Shown piece after piece: positions 1-12,542 of a stretch of DNA of 58,947 bases. The translations under genes were made by a program, and so were the position numbers. Under the pieces are notes generated by a model. The model was not told the DNA's origin. It searched no databases and worked only from the letters and a program-made list of their open reading frames with translations. The DNA is from Gonapodya sp. JEL0774 (Eukaryota), in contig JADIIX010000066.1 in NCBI GenBank assembly GCA_027604505.1, forward strand, positions 62,001-120,947, in the 5' to 3' direction. Position 1 is the stretch's first letter. Each line of letters opens with the position of its first letter.

Positions 1-19
1 CCCTTACTTCCACTTTTAG

Positions 20-295
20 CACTCGTGGACACTACATCAACGCTTCCTTGTTGTGTTGTGTGCTTGTTCTTTTGCTTGTCCTTAAATACACTATTGAGCG
101 TGAAGGCGAATACGTCGGCAGAAAGGCGAACATGACCAGTGAGTATACATCTACCACTCGACCGTTGAAGCCTCTCTAAATGGTATTTCTTGCGCTTCTC
201 CTCCCACCAAATACCTAGTTCTTGAGCGGGGAGGGATTGAACTTGACGGCAACAAGATTATCGAGGCAGAACGAGTAATTCACAGCTCGGCGTAA
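20..295 (+). CDS. 3' end (last two exons) of an MFS DAL/ACS-family permease, a paralogue of the gene at 890-3698; 5' part lies outside the window
   Basis: Exons ~20-138 (TRGHYINASLLCVVLVLLLVLKYTIEREGEYVGRKANMT) and ~219-295 (LERGGIELDGNKIIEAERVIHSSA*) closely match 3445-3563 and 3622-3698, with the same intron position. Confidence 0.85.
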
Positions 296-889
296 CAGCG
301 GAGTAATTCGCACAGCATTGTGGGCTGATACAGAATCTCCTCATATATGTATACATATATAAATTAATGACTTGTAACACAATACTACATCTGCTGAATC
401 GCTCTGTAAGCTGGACACTGGTGTTGATTTTCTGCGGAATCATGCAAAAAAAATGACAACGAGGGGAAGATCGCTGAAAGTTCTACTGTGAAGAATCCCC
501 GTGATTTTGATGAGTGACATCCACTGGAGCATGGATACTTTATGGAAGACTCCTTCTCAAGTAAATAGTGAGCAGCAGGATTTGACCGGACTGCAAGACC
601 AGTTTGATGAAGGGCGAAATGACTCTGCCAGTGAGAGTGGAAAACTTCATGATAGAAGCAAGTGTTTTCCCATTTATGCAGCTCTTCTCATGTATGTCGA
701 AAATATTTCGGAGTACATACACCGGAGTGAACTTCCTTGTTTAGCCTGGGTGTCATGTCTCCCGACGGAGATAGGCCTCCGGCACAACCTGCGCCGAGTT
801 CAGGAACTCCTTACGTATTTAAACTGGATCCATCTCTCGGGCAATCTCTACTAAGGCACTTCCTCACCAATAATTGAGAACTAGCCAAC

Positions 890-3698
890 ATGGAGGATGA
901 GAAGAATGAACAAAAGCCTGTGGTGAGTGTCCAGCTCTGCTGTGCCGTTCGCTACCCGTTCCGGGAGCCCTTGTATTTCGGCTCCTTCGCCCGAACTCCG
1001 CTCTTCCGGAAAGCACCGTCAGGATCTGCAAGTGCAGAATCTCGAAGCAGCATTTTGATTCCGCGTTCCGCAGCGGTGGCCAGTAACTCTGTTTTCGGAT
1101 CTCTAACCAGTGCTCTCTTGTTGTTATCCACACTATTCTGCACTGCGTGTCACACAATTCATGAAATACGAAGCTCGAAAATCCTGTCACATGGAGTCCC
1201 GAAGAGGTAAGCAGTAGAAATCACACGATATCGTTCGGCAATTTGCGGCGACGGTTCCTCATGAGTGTGACCGTTTTCCCGCTCACAGGAGGCCGCTGTT
1301 ATGCGAAAAGTCGATTTCAGAATAGTTCCTTGGTTGATGCTTTGTTACACTGCTCTCAACGTAAGTGCTTTTTAGTTTTGGTTTGTTGACTTCATCATTC
1401 TTACGAGTTCCACTCTGGATATCAGATTGATCGTGGAAACATTTCCAACGGTGACTTCACAATAAGTCCACTCATTCTATGAATCTTCTCTTATTTTGAC
1501 CCAAATATTCAAGCTGCCATTATGAACGCGGAAACCCCAACTCACACTCTGCTTTACCAACTTGGTCTCCAGGGGGATCAATTCAATTGGGCACTCTCCG
1601 CGTTCTTCTTCGGTTATGTTGCATTTGAAATCCCTAGTGTGAGTTGCTGAAAACCAACGTATCATTTTGCTGACCTTGATCTTCTTAACTCACGTTCGTC
1701 TGAAGAACATGTTAATCACTCGCTTCAACCCAAGCCGATGGATCGCCAGGTAGCCACACATTCTTTTGCTTTGTGGAAAAATCGCAACGTCGCCATCTCA
1801 CGTGCCTTATTTCCCCCAGAATCATGACCACTTGGGGAATCTGTGCTGCCCTCATGGGCGCCACCACGAACTTCGCCGGTCTCGTTGCGGTGAGAGTGGC
1901 AGTTGGGAGTATGGAAGCGGGATATTCTCCTGGAACAGCCCTCTACCTCGCTTTTTGGTGGGCTTTCTGCATACTCCCTTTCTATGGAACAATTTCGTTT
2001 TACAAATATACCACTCTTATCCAGGTACCGCAAATACGAAGTTTCTTCTCGCTGGGCGTACATGTATGGCGGTGCAGGAGTCATTTCTAGTTTCGGAGGT
2101 TTGATTGCATACGCCGTTGCAAATGTGAGAGCTCGCTTCTATGTCCTCAGGGTTCCATCAATTGGATTCTCACGAATTCGATTTCTCAACTAGATGGACG
2201 GTGCTGGCGGTCTTGCAGGATGGCGTTGGTGAGTATCAGTTAGAGTATATTGCGATCAACTATCTCCGGAACTGATAGACAAAATTTGCAATCCGATAAA
2301 ACAGGCTCTTTATTTTGGAGGGTATTGCAAGCGCACTGGTTGGCGTCGGTACATGGTTCATTCTTCCTGTGAGTTACAATTGAAAGGTTCCGAATCCGTG
2401 CGAAACGTCGTCTGACGGCTTTTATGTGCTCGCTAGGACTACCCACAAACGGCTAAGTTCCTTAGCGAGAGGGAGAAAGAGATTGTGATCGGTCGCCTTC
2501 CTCCCACCGGTCCGTCTATGCTCGCCAAGAAGATGGAACTCGCCGAAGTGCTCGATGCTTTCAAGGACTGGAAGTATGTTTCGTGTAGCTTAGCGAAATC
2601 TGATGACTGCGAATTTCTAATGCAACTTCTAAAATGTTATTACAGAATGTACGCTTTCGGAGTTGCTTGCACACTGCAGTTTACCACCGCCTACGCGATC
2701 GCCTACTTCCTTCCTACGGTTGGTGACCTGCCTTCACTTTCTTGCGTCGTGTTCCATTTTCGATCTCTTTCGATTCCTTCAGATCATCAAGGCAATGGGT
2801 TTCACTTCCACAACTGCGCAGCTACTCACCATTGCTCCCTCCTTTGTAGGAAGCATCTGGATTTTCTTCATGTGAGTTGATCTCTGGGTGCGATGTCCAG
2901 TTATAATGTTGTTATTAATGTCTCATTCCCCAGCAACTGGAGCAGTGATCGCTTCCAGGAGAAGGGATTCCACGGGGCGGCCTGCCTTATCCCAACTATC
3001 ATCGGTAGGATACCCTGTTTCTGTGTTCTACCGCTCCTTGAATTCTCATGTTTCCTCCTGCGCGCAGGCTACTTCTTGCTGGCCAACATTCAGCCACAAC
3101 TCACTCCCTATCAAAGATACGGTCTTATGTTCCTTGGTTGTATTTGTAACGGAGTCGTTCCAATCCTGATTGGCTACTCCACCATCACTACCAAGGTTTG
3201 AGGGCTGAAACGTTTCCGTATACTCGGACACATTCCTGAAACTGTGTTCCCACAGGGGGCTTCGAGAACGGCACTTCGGTCGGCATTTACAATTGCGTGT
3301 GGAAACATTGGAGGTGCCACCGGCTCTCAAGTTTACCAATCGTACGACGCCCCGTATTAGTGAGTAAAAACAAAAACACAATTTTGATCTACTGAATACT
3401 CATCGCACTCATTCGCCCCTCCCGCGTTCACCTTTATATTATAGCACACGTGGGCACTACATCAATGCTTCCTTGCTGTGTGTTGTGCTGGTTATTTTGT
3501 TAGTCCTAAAGTTTTCCATTGAGAGTGAAGGCGAATACGTTGGCAAGAAGGCAAACATGACGAGTGAGTGGATCTCCCCGAATCGAGCACCCTAGATCCT
3601 CATCGTCTTAACTCCATCCAGTTCTTGAACGGGGAGGGATTGAACTTGACGACAACAAGATTATCGAGGCAGACCGAGTAATTCACACTTCCGCGTAG
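890..3698 (+). CDS. MFS transporter, DAL/ACS (allantoate/nicotinate permease-like) family, multi-exon
   Basis: Spliced motifs: VMRKVDFRIVPWLMLCYTALN-IDRGNISN, FNWALSAFFFGYVAFEIPS, VGSMEAGYSPG, SSFGGLIAYAV, GLAGWRWLFILEG, SDRFQEKGFH, GNIGGATGSQVYQSYDAP. GT-AG introns throughout. Confidence 0.9.
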
Positions 3699-4149
3699 TT
3701 CGAACGAAGAATACGCTCATGAGCATACTAATAGCCTTACAAATATAATAGCTTGTACGGAATTGTGCGACTACGGGAAAACAAATCCTTCATGTTTTGA
3801 CGACGTGTAACTGAAAGAACCAGCTGCAGCCCCCCTTTCCACTCCTCACCACCTTCCCTCTCCCTCTGACTGTGGGAAGCAGGAGGTCGAATTCATCACT
3901 AACAAGCAAATATCTAACTAACAAATTTGAGCATGAGCGGGTGGGTGGTCGCCTTCAGTCGAGGTTTGAACTAACAATCTTCAATCATGAGAGAGATGTC
4001 TTTGTGTTCGACTGCGCAAGAAAGCACGAGTACGTTTGTAGGGATGCCTTGGAAAACTAGTAAATAGTTGATGTATGTATACTGGTGCTGGCAGTACAAA
4101 AAAGTGAAGGCGTAATAACAAGCGTGGGTTGCATGCATAAATTGGGTCG

Positions 4150-7100
4150 TTACGCTGCACTAACTCCAACAAAACCGTCGCCCTTCTTGGCATTGTCCTC
4201 CATGGCAGCAAGCTCCTCTTCCGAAACCCTGATGATCGGGCCCTTAAACCATTTGTGCGCGTCGGCGACCCAGTAGAGGGACTGATTTGGGGGCCAGTGG
4301 AATTGGATAGGTTCTAGTGTGACACGAGCGAGCACACTAACAATAGAACTTACAGCAAAAATTGTGACACTGCCAATCATCACTGAAGCGTAGTTGAAGT
4401 TTTGAGCCGTGACGGGGTACACACTTCCAGGAAAAGGCTACATCAGTTAAGAATCATTTTCAACCCGTGAAGAGTGAACTTACGTGGGCAAGCAAAGAAG
4501 AACGAAAAGGAAGGCCACCCAAACGACCGAGATCCAGCCAATAACTTCCGAGAAGGGGCCCAGGTGGAATTCACCACGCTTGAAAGTGTTGCGGGCAAAC
4601 GTAAGCTTGCACAGAGTGGGGATGACGTACTAGGGGAGACATGGGACGATTCAATACTCTGCGGCAAATGAAAGACAACAGACTGATGACCAACCGAGGT
4701 CATGAGACCAATCGTGGCAACAGACGAGGCGGCTGTGAGACCAAGAGGACTACCGAAACCGATGCAAGTGACGAGGCAGGACACTGATACAAAGTGTTAA
4801 ATACACACTGTACATTTCTTCAAAGAAGTTAGCTCCAACTCACGAGCAGTTCCGAACCAAATGGTGCGGATGGGGAGCTTGGTAGTTGGGTGAGACCAGT
4901 AGAGGAAACGAGAGAGTGGTCCACCGAAACCCCTGTCGCGAGAGAACGCGTACACTGCGAGACGAGGATAAATTGTCATAATCGCGGGAATTCATCCAAA
5001 GAGATTCCAAACACTCACTCATGCGAGAGTTGCTGTTGAATGAAGGACAAGTGAACCGTTTCAAACACTTGACAGCGAAAATACGCAGAACGGAAACAAC
5101 AACGTACGCCGTGATGGTGGCAATGCCGCAGAAGTACGAGCCGGTGACGATGATGGCCATCAGGAAAACACCAACGTTCAGGCCACAAGCATCTGAGAAG
5201 AGGATACAGGGTTGACGCAAAATTATTCTCCCAGCTCATCAGATCTGAACACACCAATGAACAATTGCAGGATGGTTTGAGGGAAAGGTGCGCCGAGAAT
5301 GGACTCAATGTCCTGGATGGAAAAGAGCAGACCTGAAAAACCAACCGGTCTCGTTGTGAGCATTAACCGTCTGTGTAAGAACGAAAAAGACAAGAAACTG
5401 ACCCAAAAGGAACAAGAAGCCGGCGACCGCACTGACGAGGACGGAGTAGACGATACCCTTGGCGGCCTCTGTGTGAGAGTTCTTGGTCTCCTCAGAAACG
5501 TGCTGTGAAAGGTGCAAAAGATAAGTACATATATGTGGGAATTTGAGACCTCGTGTAGGCTTGGACAGAGAAAACAGGCTTCCACTCACGGCACTGGCGT
5601 CGTAACCAAGGAAAGTCCAAGCAGGGAAGAGAAGGCCGAGGAGAATGGCGAAACCCTGACTGTCTTGGCCAGTTCTGTTCTCGAGGTTCGTGAATACAAA
5701 CGAGGCATCCTGAGAGGCAGAGGGGTAAGCTTTCTGCAAGGACACCTTGAGCAAACGTTCCACCAACCTGACGGGTGGGAGCCTTGGCAAGGCACGTGAT
5801 CACAATGACCAGAGGCCCGAGAAGGTGAGTGAACACAGCTGCAATTCGATTGTGGTGTGGGAGTGAGCAAACCACATCGAGTGAGATGCTACACCGTCAG
5901 GCAAAAGAATACAGAGAATTGAACTCACAGACTTCCATGACACGTTCAATGACGACGTCGTGGATGGAGTTGACAAGACCGCAGCTGATCTATAGCAGTC
6001 ACGGCAAAGTACGGTATAAAGAATGGTTCACTTTTGCAAAGAAATGAAAGCACATCACGTACCAGGACGAAAATTCCGAGCAGGGTTGCTTTCCAGCTGG
6101 TGTACTCAAAGTCAGGGTTGAAGGCTAGAAACCTCATTCAATTTAGATGGCCGCCCTAGAAACAAAGACTGCTCGACTTGGTTCTCACCGAGAACGCAAG
6201 AGAAGATCATTCCAGAGACCGAGAATCCGACTGATGAAATACCACCAATTTCTCCGCAGAGGTTGTACCAGCCAGTGTACCAGCTGATGCAGAATGAATG
6301 AGCAGGGTTCGCCAAGTAACTGCGCGTGACAGAAACAAAGAATGAAACTCACGCGAACACCGGACCGTACTTGTCACCTCCCAACTTCGCCGACCAGTAG
6401 TACAAACCACCCGCAGTGGGGTATGCCGAGCAAATTTCACCCATGGCAAGAGCGACTTACAAATTTTGATGGTTCTGATGAGTGTCTGAGCCGAGTGACG
6501 AGGAACAAAATGTCACTGCTCACCACAAGACGATGTCAAAGAGACAAAAATCCATCCCCAGACGGCACCAGCGGATCCACCAGTAGCCAGAGCATAGGAC
6601 AGCAAGGTACCCATACCGATGATGATGGAGATGTGGGAGAATGACACACCGAAGTTGTGGCTTGAGACAGTGAAAACAGAGGGGCACGTCAGCGACTCAA
6701 AACCAACGCGACCAATCCACAAGTCAATGATGAACTCACATGAAGCTAAATCCCCGAGAGAACTCTGAGGAGAAGCGGAGAGGAAAACAGTGAAAACTTG
6801 CTCCGGAAAGCAAAAGACGGACAGTTGCAGCGAACCTTGCTTGTAGCCCATCTAAAGATCAGAAGAGGAGGAAAAACCATCGAAGAGATAAAAATTAGCC
6901 ATCATCGTTATCGAGCGCAGACTCTGCCGAGAGAATCAAGATGCCCGGTGTTCAGGCTCCGGAAACCGTGAAGGCGGACACATCCGTTCCTTTTCCCTTC
7001 CCGTGCAGCACAGGCTCCGGAAAACCTCGAAACATCATCATTCGTCCTCCGTACAAGCTCTGAAGCTGCCTCCTCCACGACGTGGACCCGTCCTGTTCTT

Positions 7101-7215
7101 CCGCCACACGGCAGCGCAGGCGGTACCATACAGACGAGGAGCCCAAAGGTCCGACGATCCTCACCCGTGCAAGACGCAGCTCATCTTCGCTGATCTGGTT
7201 GCCCTCCGGTGCCAT
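4150..7215 (-). CDS. Amino acid/GABA permease (APC superfamily, ACT/Uga4-like), multi-exon
   Basis: [118 protein letters not shown]. Confidence 0.92.
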
Positions 7216-9166
7216 GGTGTCGGACTTGATAGAAACTACTTGCAAAGTGGGGGGTCGAACTGAAGATCGGTTTTTGAATCTTGGGGGTTCTGTTTCCTAA
7301 CGCCACACTGGCAGGCGACCAAAAAAAAAATCACAAACACCAGCGACGGGCCAATGTCTTCGAAATCGAGTCTTCACGCTTGTGGTAAATACTGATGCAG
7401 CTCGATTGCTTTGTTTCCTTTTTTGTCCTCTCGCCCAGCTTCTGCAGATGAGAGATAAAAAAAATAGTAACGACGGCTGCACGGTCGCCCATCGGACCGG
7501 GCAGCCGGTACTCGCGGCAAGCTGCCGTTCGCAAAAGCAGCCGAATCGCGTAGTTCGTGGGGGACAGTTTATCTTTCTTCAGCTTCTCTATTGCAGTCGT
7601 TCTGGTAAATACATTCGCCCATCGTTCACGCCTTGCATTCACATGCTAAAGTTATGTACACGAGCTCCGGAGCACCCCGTCCGTTCCCACACTCATTCAT
7701 CACAATAATCAACCCGCTCCCACGGATTAAATCACACCAAGTCATCTAGCGGGCCGCAAGCATGCCACATCGCTCGGAGAACTCACGGGAGCCTCTGCAC
7801 GATCTGTTCCTATTCATTCCCAAGACCAGTCACTCTACCTCCCCGCCACGCATAGGTATCACATCCTTGCCCGTTTCCCCATACTTCTGTGTGCCTAGTG
7901 TTAACGCCGTGCGAAAAACATGCTATCGTCGCGGACGGGGCGACTGTGCCACAAATAGAGATAGCGACACAATAACATACTTGCGCCACATCAAACCAAG
8001 AAGGGCGTTCGATAAGGGCGATGAATCATCGAAGCATCATCGGTTCTCTACGTCCTGTCATCAAAGCATATCCATTTTTCGCCTCTCACCATTGACCTGC
8101 CCGCACAAAGGGGCACTCAATGGTGAGGAGAGGACGGTGGTGCCGCCTTTCTCAGTACAGTGGGTGCCTCTGCACTGCCGGAGGTATTCAAAATCACCCA
8201 CAAAAACAACCAACCAAAATCGCGTCATTCGCAAATCAATCACATGGCCCCGTGACCGCCACCGCCTGACCCCCCAACGGTGCTGGACTCCTAACATGGA
8301 GCGATGTAAAATAATATCAAGAATACATGCGGAGGTGCGGGCCGCAGCAGTTTGAAACCTTCCGTTCACTGCGTCGGTCGCACTGTCGGTGCCCGACCCT
8401 GTGTGATCGTATTTCTCCACGGTACCTTTTCTTTCCTGCTCGACATTATGAAACCTTTTATTGCTTCGTTGGTTCTCTCCAACCGGTGGAGCAACCGCGC
8501 TGACACGCACTCCCGGTGGCCCGGTTCACGTAGTCCACTCACAATCCCCCCCCGCCAGCACACACAGCACAGGAACCAGGGTGTATGTACGTAGGGTTGG
8601 CGCGGCGATCCCAAGGGGATGGGGATGAGCGGCTCGGCAAAGGGGGGGTTGTGGATTGTGCATGGACAATGACAAATAGTTGAGAATGTGTCCAACCGGC
8701 TTTGCGTATGTTGTTTCTTGTCTGTTGGCAATCGGAGGTTTGGAGGGGCGGGCGAGGGGGCCCCCCGCCGAGTATGGTAAGGGTTTGTTCCCCGTCGGTT
8801 TGGACGTTGGCGACCACCGGCACGCACCCCCGACCCAGTCCTTTTCTCCACCCACCCCACCCCTCCCCAGTCATATCTCCTGATCTCCACGTCCGGTACC
8901 GACTCACCACCCAGCCCACCACCACCACGACCACCAAATCCCTTGAGCGCGCCAGGAGTCCAGACCACCGCCGTCCGGTCGATCCTTATCCCCTTGCAGA
9001 GATCCGAGTGCAGGGGGGGTGTACCCAATGGATTATGTTCGTACATATGTACGTACCCTCGGCATACCACACTATACCATGGGTACCCTGTCAGTCGGGC
9101 CTTGGATTGGAAGTTGTAGGGCTACTCGTAGCTCGCCTCACACCACGCCGGAAAAGGTTTTCGTGG

Positions 9167-9228
9167 GGCAGTAGGCAGTTGGCAGTGGGCAGTTGGCAGT
9201 GGGCAGTGGGCAAGTGGGCAGTGGGCAG
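9167..9228. repeat. 7-bp minisatellite (GGCAGTN)x~9
   Basis: ggcagta ggcagtt ggcagtg ggcagtt ggcagtg ggcagtg ggcaagtg ggcagtg ggcagtg, read directly. Confidence 0.9.
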
Positions 9229-10050
9229 TGTGTGGTCGCACCGTGGTCCGCTGACAGGCAGGTGTGGAGGAGAGACGGTGCAACCCCCACCCCTGATCCG
9301 GGGGGCCGCCAGCCCCCCGCCGCCCCCCCCCCCCGTGAGAACCTCTCGTTCGTTAATGCTGCTCTGCTCTCAAAGAACTCACTCGACACCAGAGTTCCAC
9401 CAGCCAGAGCCGCTCAGATCTGATCGATCTCTTGAAACGCACACCAAAACCCAAACACAGAACACAGGAACCCCAAACCCAAAAAGCCGAAACGAAAACC
9501 GAAAGGAAAATAAATAAACAACACATTGTGCGTTGTGGGGGATGATGAACCGAAGGGAATACGCTCGTCCGGCTCTGGCTCGGAATACTGGGGCCACCAC
9601 GTACACCCACGCCTGCGTGTATGAACGTAACGGCGGTGTGGGGACACAGACCTCCATTGTTGTGTAATGTATTCTACGTTCCTTCCCATCCCGTCCCATC
9701 CGATGTCACGGACGGGGGACGGGGGACGGGGGAACGGGGGGCGCTGGCAGTCACCGAGCATCGTGCACCGAGCAGCAGCGTGCACACGGACGGAATCAAC
9801 GCAAGGCACCGAGCACCGACAACCTTTTTGTAAAAATAAAACGTATATGTGCAATCGTGTATTCTTTTGTCCGGGCAGGCAAAGGCGGGGGTAGTGCCCG
9901 CATCTGGGGGGGCCCCCCGAACCCAAAAAATACAACACGCGAAAAATCCCGCACCACGCCAATCAACCCACGCATGACCTCAACCAGCTACCGGCGCGCC
10001 AGGCCCCCCACCACAAACCCCTGACCTCCCGACCCCCGACGTCTACCCGT

Positions 10051-11750
10051 CTAGTATCCAAACTCTGCCAACTTGCTCTTGATCTCTGCCACGTCGCCCG
10101 TCTTTTCCACCCTAGCCACGGCGGCCTTCTTCTCCTTCTTCTTGTCGTACACCACTTTGCCCCTGGCCTTGCGTTTCTCCTCGAGCTGCTCCACGATGCC
10201 CTGGTACTTCCAACCCATCTCCGTGCTCAGCCTCTTGAGCACCGTGTACTTGCGGCCGGGTTTGAGACGGAGCACGCGCAGTGCCGCGGGGATGACCATG
10301 CGGTGGACCTTGTCGTACGGTGGGGGCACGCCTTCAAAGACCTTGAGGCGGTCCAGGGCCGCGGCGCCGCGGGCCGTCTTGTGGGGGACCATGCCGCGCA
10401 CCGTGCGCCAAAAGATCTTACTGGGGCTGCGCAAGTGGAACGGGCCGCGCTCGCCTTTGGAGACGGCTTGCTTGTTGAGGAAGGACAGGTATTTTACTGA
10501 AGAAGGGAGGGAGGTGTGTGTAGGTCAACGACGTGGGTCAAGGTGGGTTGCGTTCGTCCACACACGGGTCACTCGACTCTTTCCTGTCCATATGACCTCG
10601 GGGGACACTTGGTCCATATGGGTCACTTCACTTGGTCCGTATGACCCGGTGAACCAAGTCCATATGTCAATCGCCTCCGGCGGATGTCAATTGGTCCATA
10701 TGGGCCTCACCGGCCCATGTGGACCGCGCATGTTCAAATCGCCTCCGGCGGACTCTGCCCGTCGCTGACACTTGGGCGATTGCCTCCGGCGGATGTAAAT
10801 TGGTCCATATGGGCCCTTCAGCCCATATGGACCGCCATGTTCAATTGCCTCCGGCGGACGCCAATTGGTCCATATGGGCCGTCACCGGCCCATATGGACC
10901 GCCATGTTCAATTGCCTCCGGCGGATGCCAATTGGTCCATATGGGCCTCACCGGCCCATATGGACCGCCCATGTTCAATCGCCTCCGGCGGACTCTGCCC
11001 GTCGCTGACGCTTGGGCGAGTCGCTCGCTAACGCTCGCGCAGGCCGGCCTACTCACACTTGTTCCTAAAGAAACTCCCCGACATGTTGATATCCTCACAC
11101 CTGACCAGGACAATGGACTGTCCATTGAGGAGCTGCTTGGCGACGATGGAAGCCAACCTTCCGAGCAGGTGGCCCTTTGCGTCGACGACGACGGGTTTCT
11201 ATAGGGGGGTGTGTGGGGGATGGAGCAGCGAGGGGGGGAGGGTAGGGAGGGAGGGAGGGAGGGGGGAAGGGCAGATCAGAAACAGATGAGTAGAGAGCAG
11301 AGGAGAGAGAGAGAGAGGGGGAGGGCGGGAGCGAGAGCGAGAGGGGGAGCAGAGTCGGGAGGCAGGGGAGATCCCGGAGTCGACTCGGTGAGGGAAAAGA
11401 ACGAGCGATGGGGAGATGCAGAGCAGATGCATATGCAGATTGAGAAGCAGATCCCGTGGGGGGTCCCAGTGTTCCGTGGAGTGTCCCAGTGTGCAGTCAG
11501 GTGCAAGTATCGTGTGCAGATCCAGTTGACCAACTAGCTCCGGTGCCTGTCCCTGTCCCGATTGTCCGGATTCCCTCAGCCCCCGCGGGGCGAGCGGAGA
11601 GAGATTTGAGATTCGGATTTCATTTTGAAAATGATTGAGATGCAGATTGAGGGAGTGAGGGAGTCCGAGTGTGCGAGTGTGCATGTGTGGAAGGGAGCAG
11701 GGGGGATGGGATGTGGAGGGATGAAGGAGACTCACAATCTTGACAGGCAT
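10051..11750 (-). CDS. RPL16: 60S ribosomal protein uL13 (L16/L13a); exons 11750-11736, 11198-11057, 10496-10051
   Basis: [61 protein letters not shown]...[46 protein letters not shown]. Splices are in frame at gtgagt...ag. The first exon is the least certain. Confidence 0.97.
10585..11040. repeat. Mosaic array of palindromic hairpin repeats inside uL13 intron 2
   Basis: GCCTCCGGCGGA occurs at 10673, 10741, 10782, 10847, 10914 and 10981. GGTCCATATGGGC(C)-loop-(G)GCCCATATGGACC hairpins lie at 10693-10725, 10802-10833, 10867-10900 and 10934-10966. A second module, CTCTGCCCGTCGCTGACRCTTGGGCG, occurs twice. Confidence 0.95.
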
Positions 11751-12542
11751 AGGGGGGGAAGGATGGGAGGGATGGGAGGGTGGGTGGATGGATGGGGGGA
11801 GTTCTGCGGTTGGGTGGGTGAGTGGTGAGTGCGTGGTGAGTGGAAGGGGACGGTGGACACACGACACAAGAGTGGCGCAGTCACCACCACTCCCCGCCCG
11901 ACTTCTCTCTCTTCTCTCTGCTCCACCTCTCTGCCCTTGTTGCTTCCCTCACACTCACCCTTCCGGTCGATGGATGTCTTTTCGTGGGCAGCCAAAGTGT
12001 GGGTGTCGGCCAAGGGGGTCCCGGCCACAGCCACTCATCCCAACTCGAACCCACTAACAATCTTGCTCTCAGTTCATCCGACGGGTCTATCCCACCGCAA
12101 ATAAAGAACCCTTGCTGAGCTGTCAACTGTTTCGTGGCCCATAATCCGTATCGGGTCTTCGGTCGACCGTCGACCACCCATATCTCATGGGTATTGCAGT
12201 TGATGTGATACTTGTGACGGTTTACACGCACAAAATCAGGTGAATCGCGGCGGAAAGGCACTGAAACTCCACCTTATGCTGTGACGATAGAGGGAACCGT
12301 GGGTGAGTTGTCAAATCAACAGATGTTGGGCTCTGCAGCTCGTAAAGTCCGCAATGCAGTCCATTTGTTCGCTTGCTGCATCCTGGACAAGACTATGAAA
12401 CAGTGGCGGCGATCAGCATTTCAAATAATAAGTTTAGAAGTATAGTATGTAACCAACACAATGCATCCAGTCTCTAATGGTGCTTCAGAAATGTAGCAGA
12501 GTAGGTTCGAATCTTGCTTTTCTGGCAAAAGCAAACATGCTG

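Noticed and set aside
10669..11020. CRISPR array interpretation of the regularly spaced GCCTCCGGCGGA repeat
   Set aside because: The intervening sequences are repeated cassettes rather than unique spacers, the repeat is only ~12-15 bp, it lies in a eukaryotic intron, and there are no cas genes.
10669..11020. Tandem hammerhead ribozyme (retrozyme-like)
   Set aside because: No CUGANGA...GAAA core was found on either strand.
10684..11204. Repetitive ORFs (GPYGP.., IASGG..) over the array
   Set aside because: They are by-products of the DNA repeat, antisense to or inside the uL13 intron.
11199..11735. Intronic box C/D snoRNA in uL13 intron 1 (vertebrate RPL13A hosts snoRNAs)
   Set aside because: CTGA is present, but there is no RTGATGA C box and no convincing rRNA guide on the sense strand.
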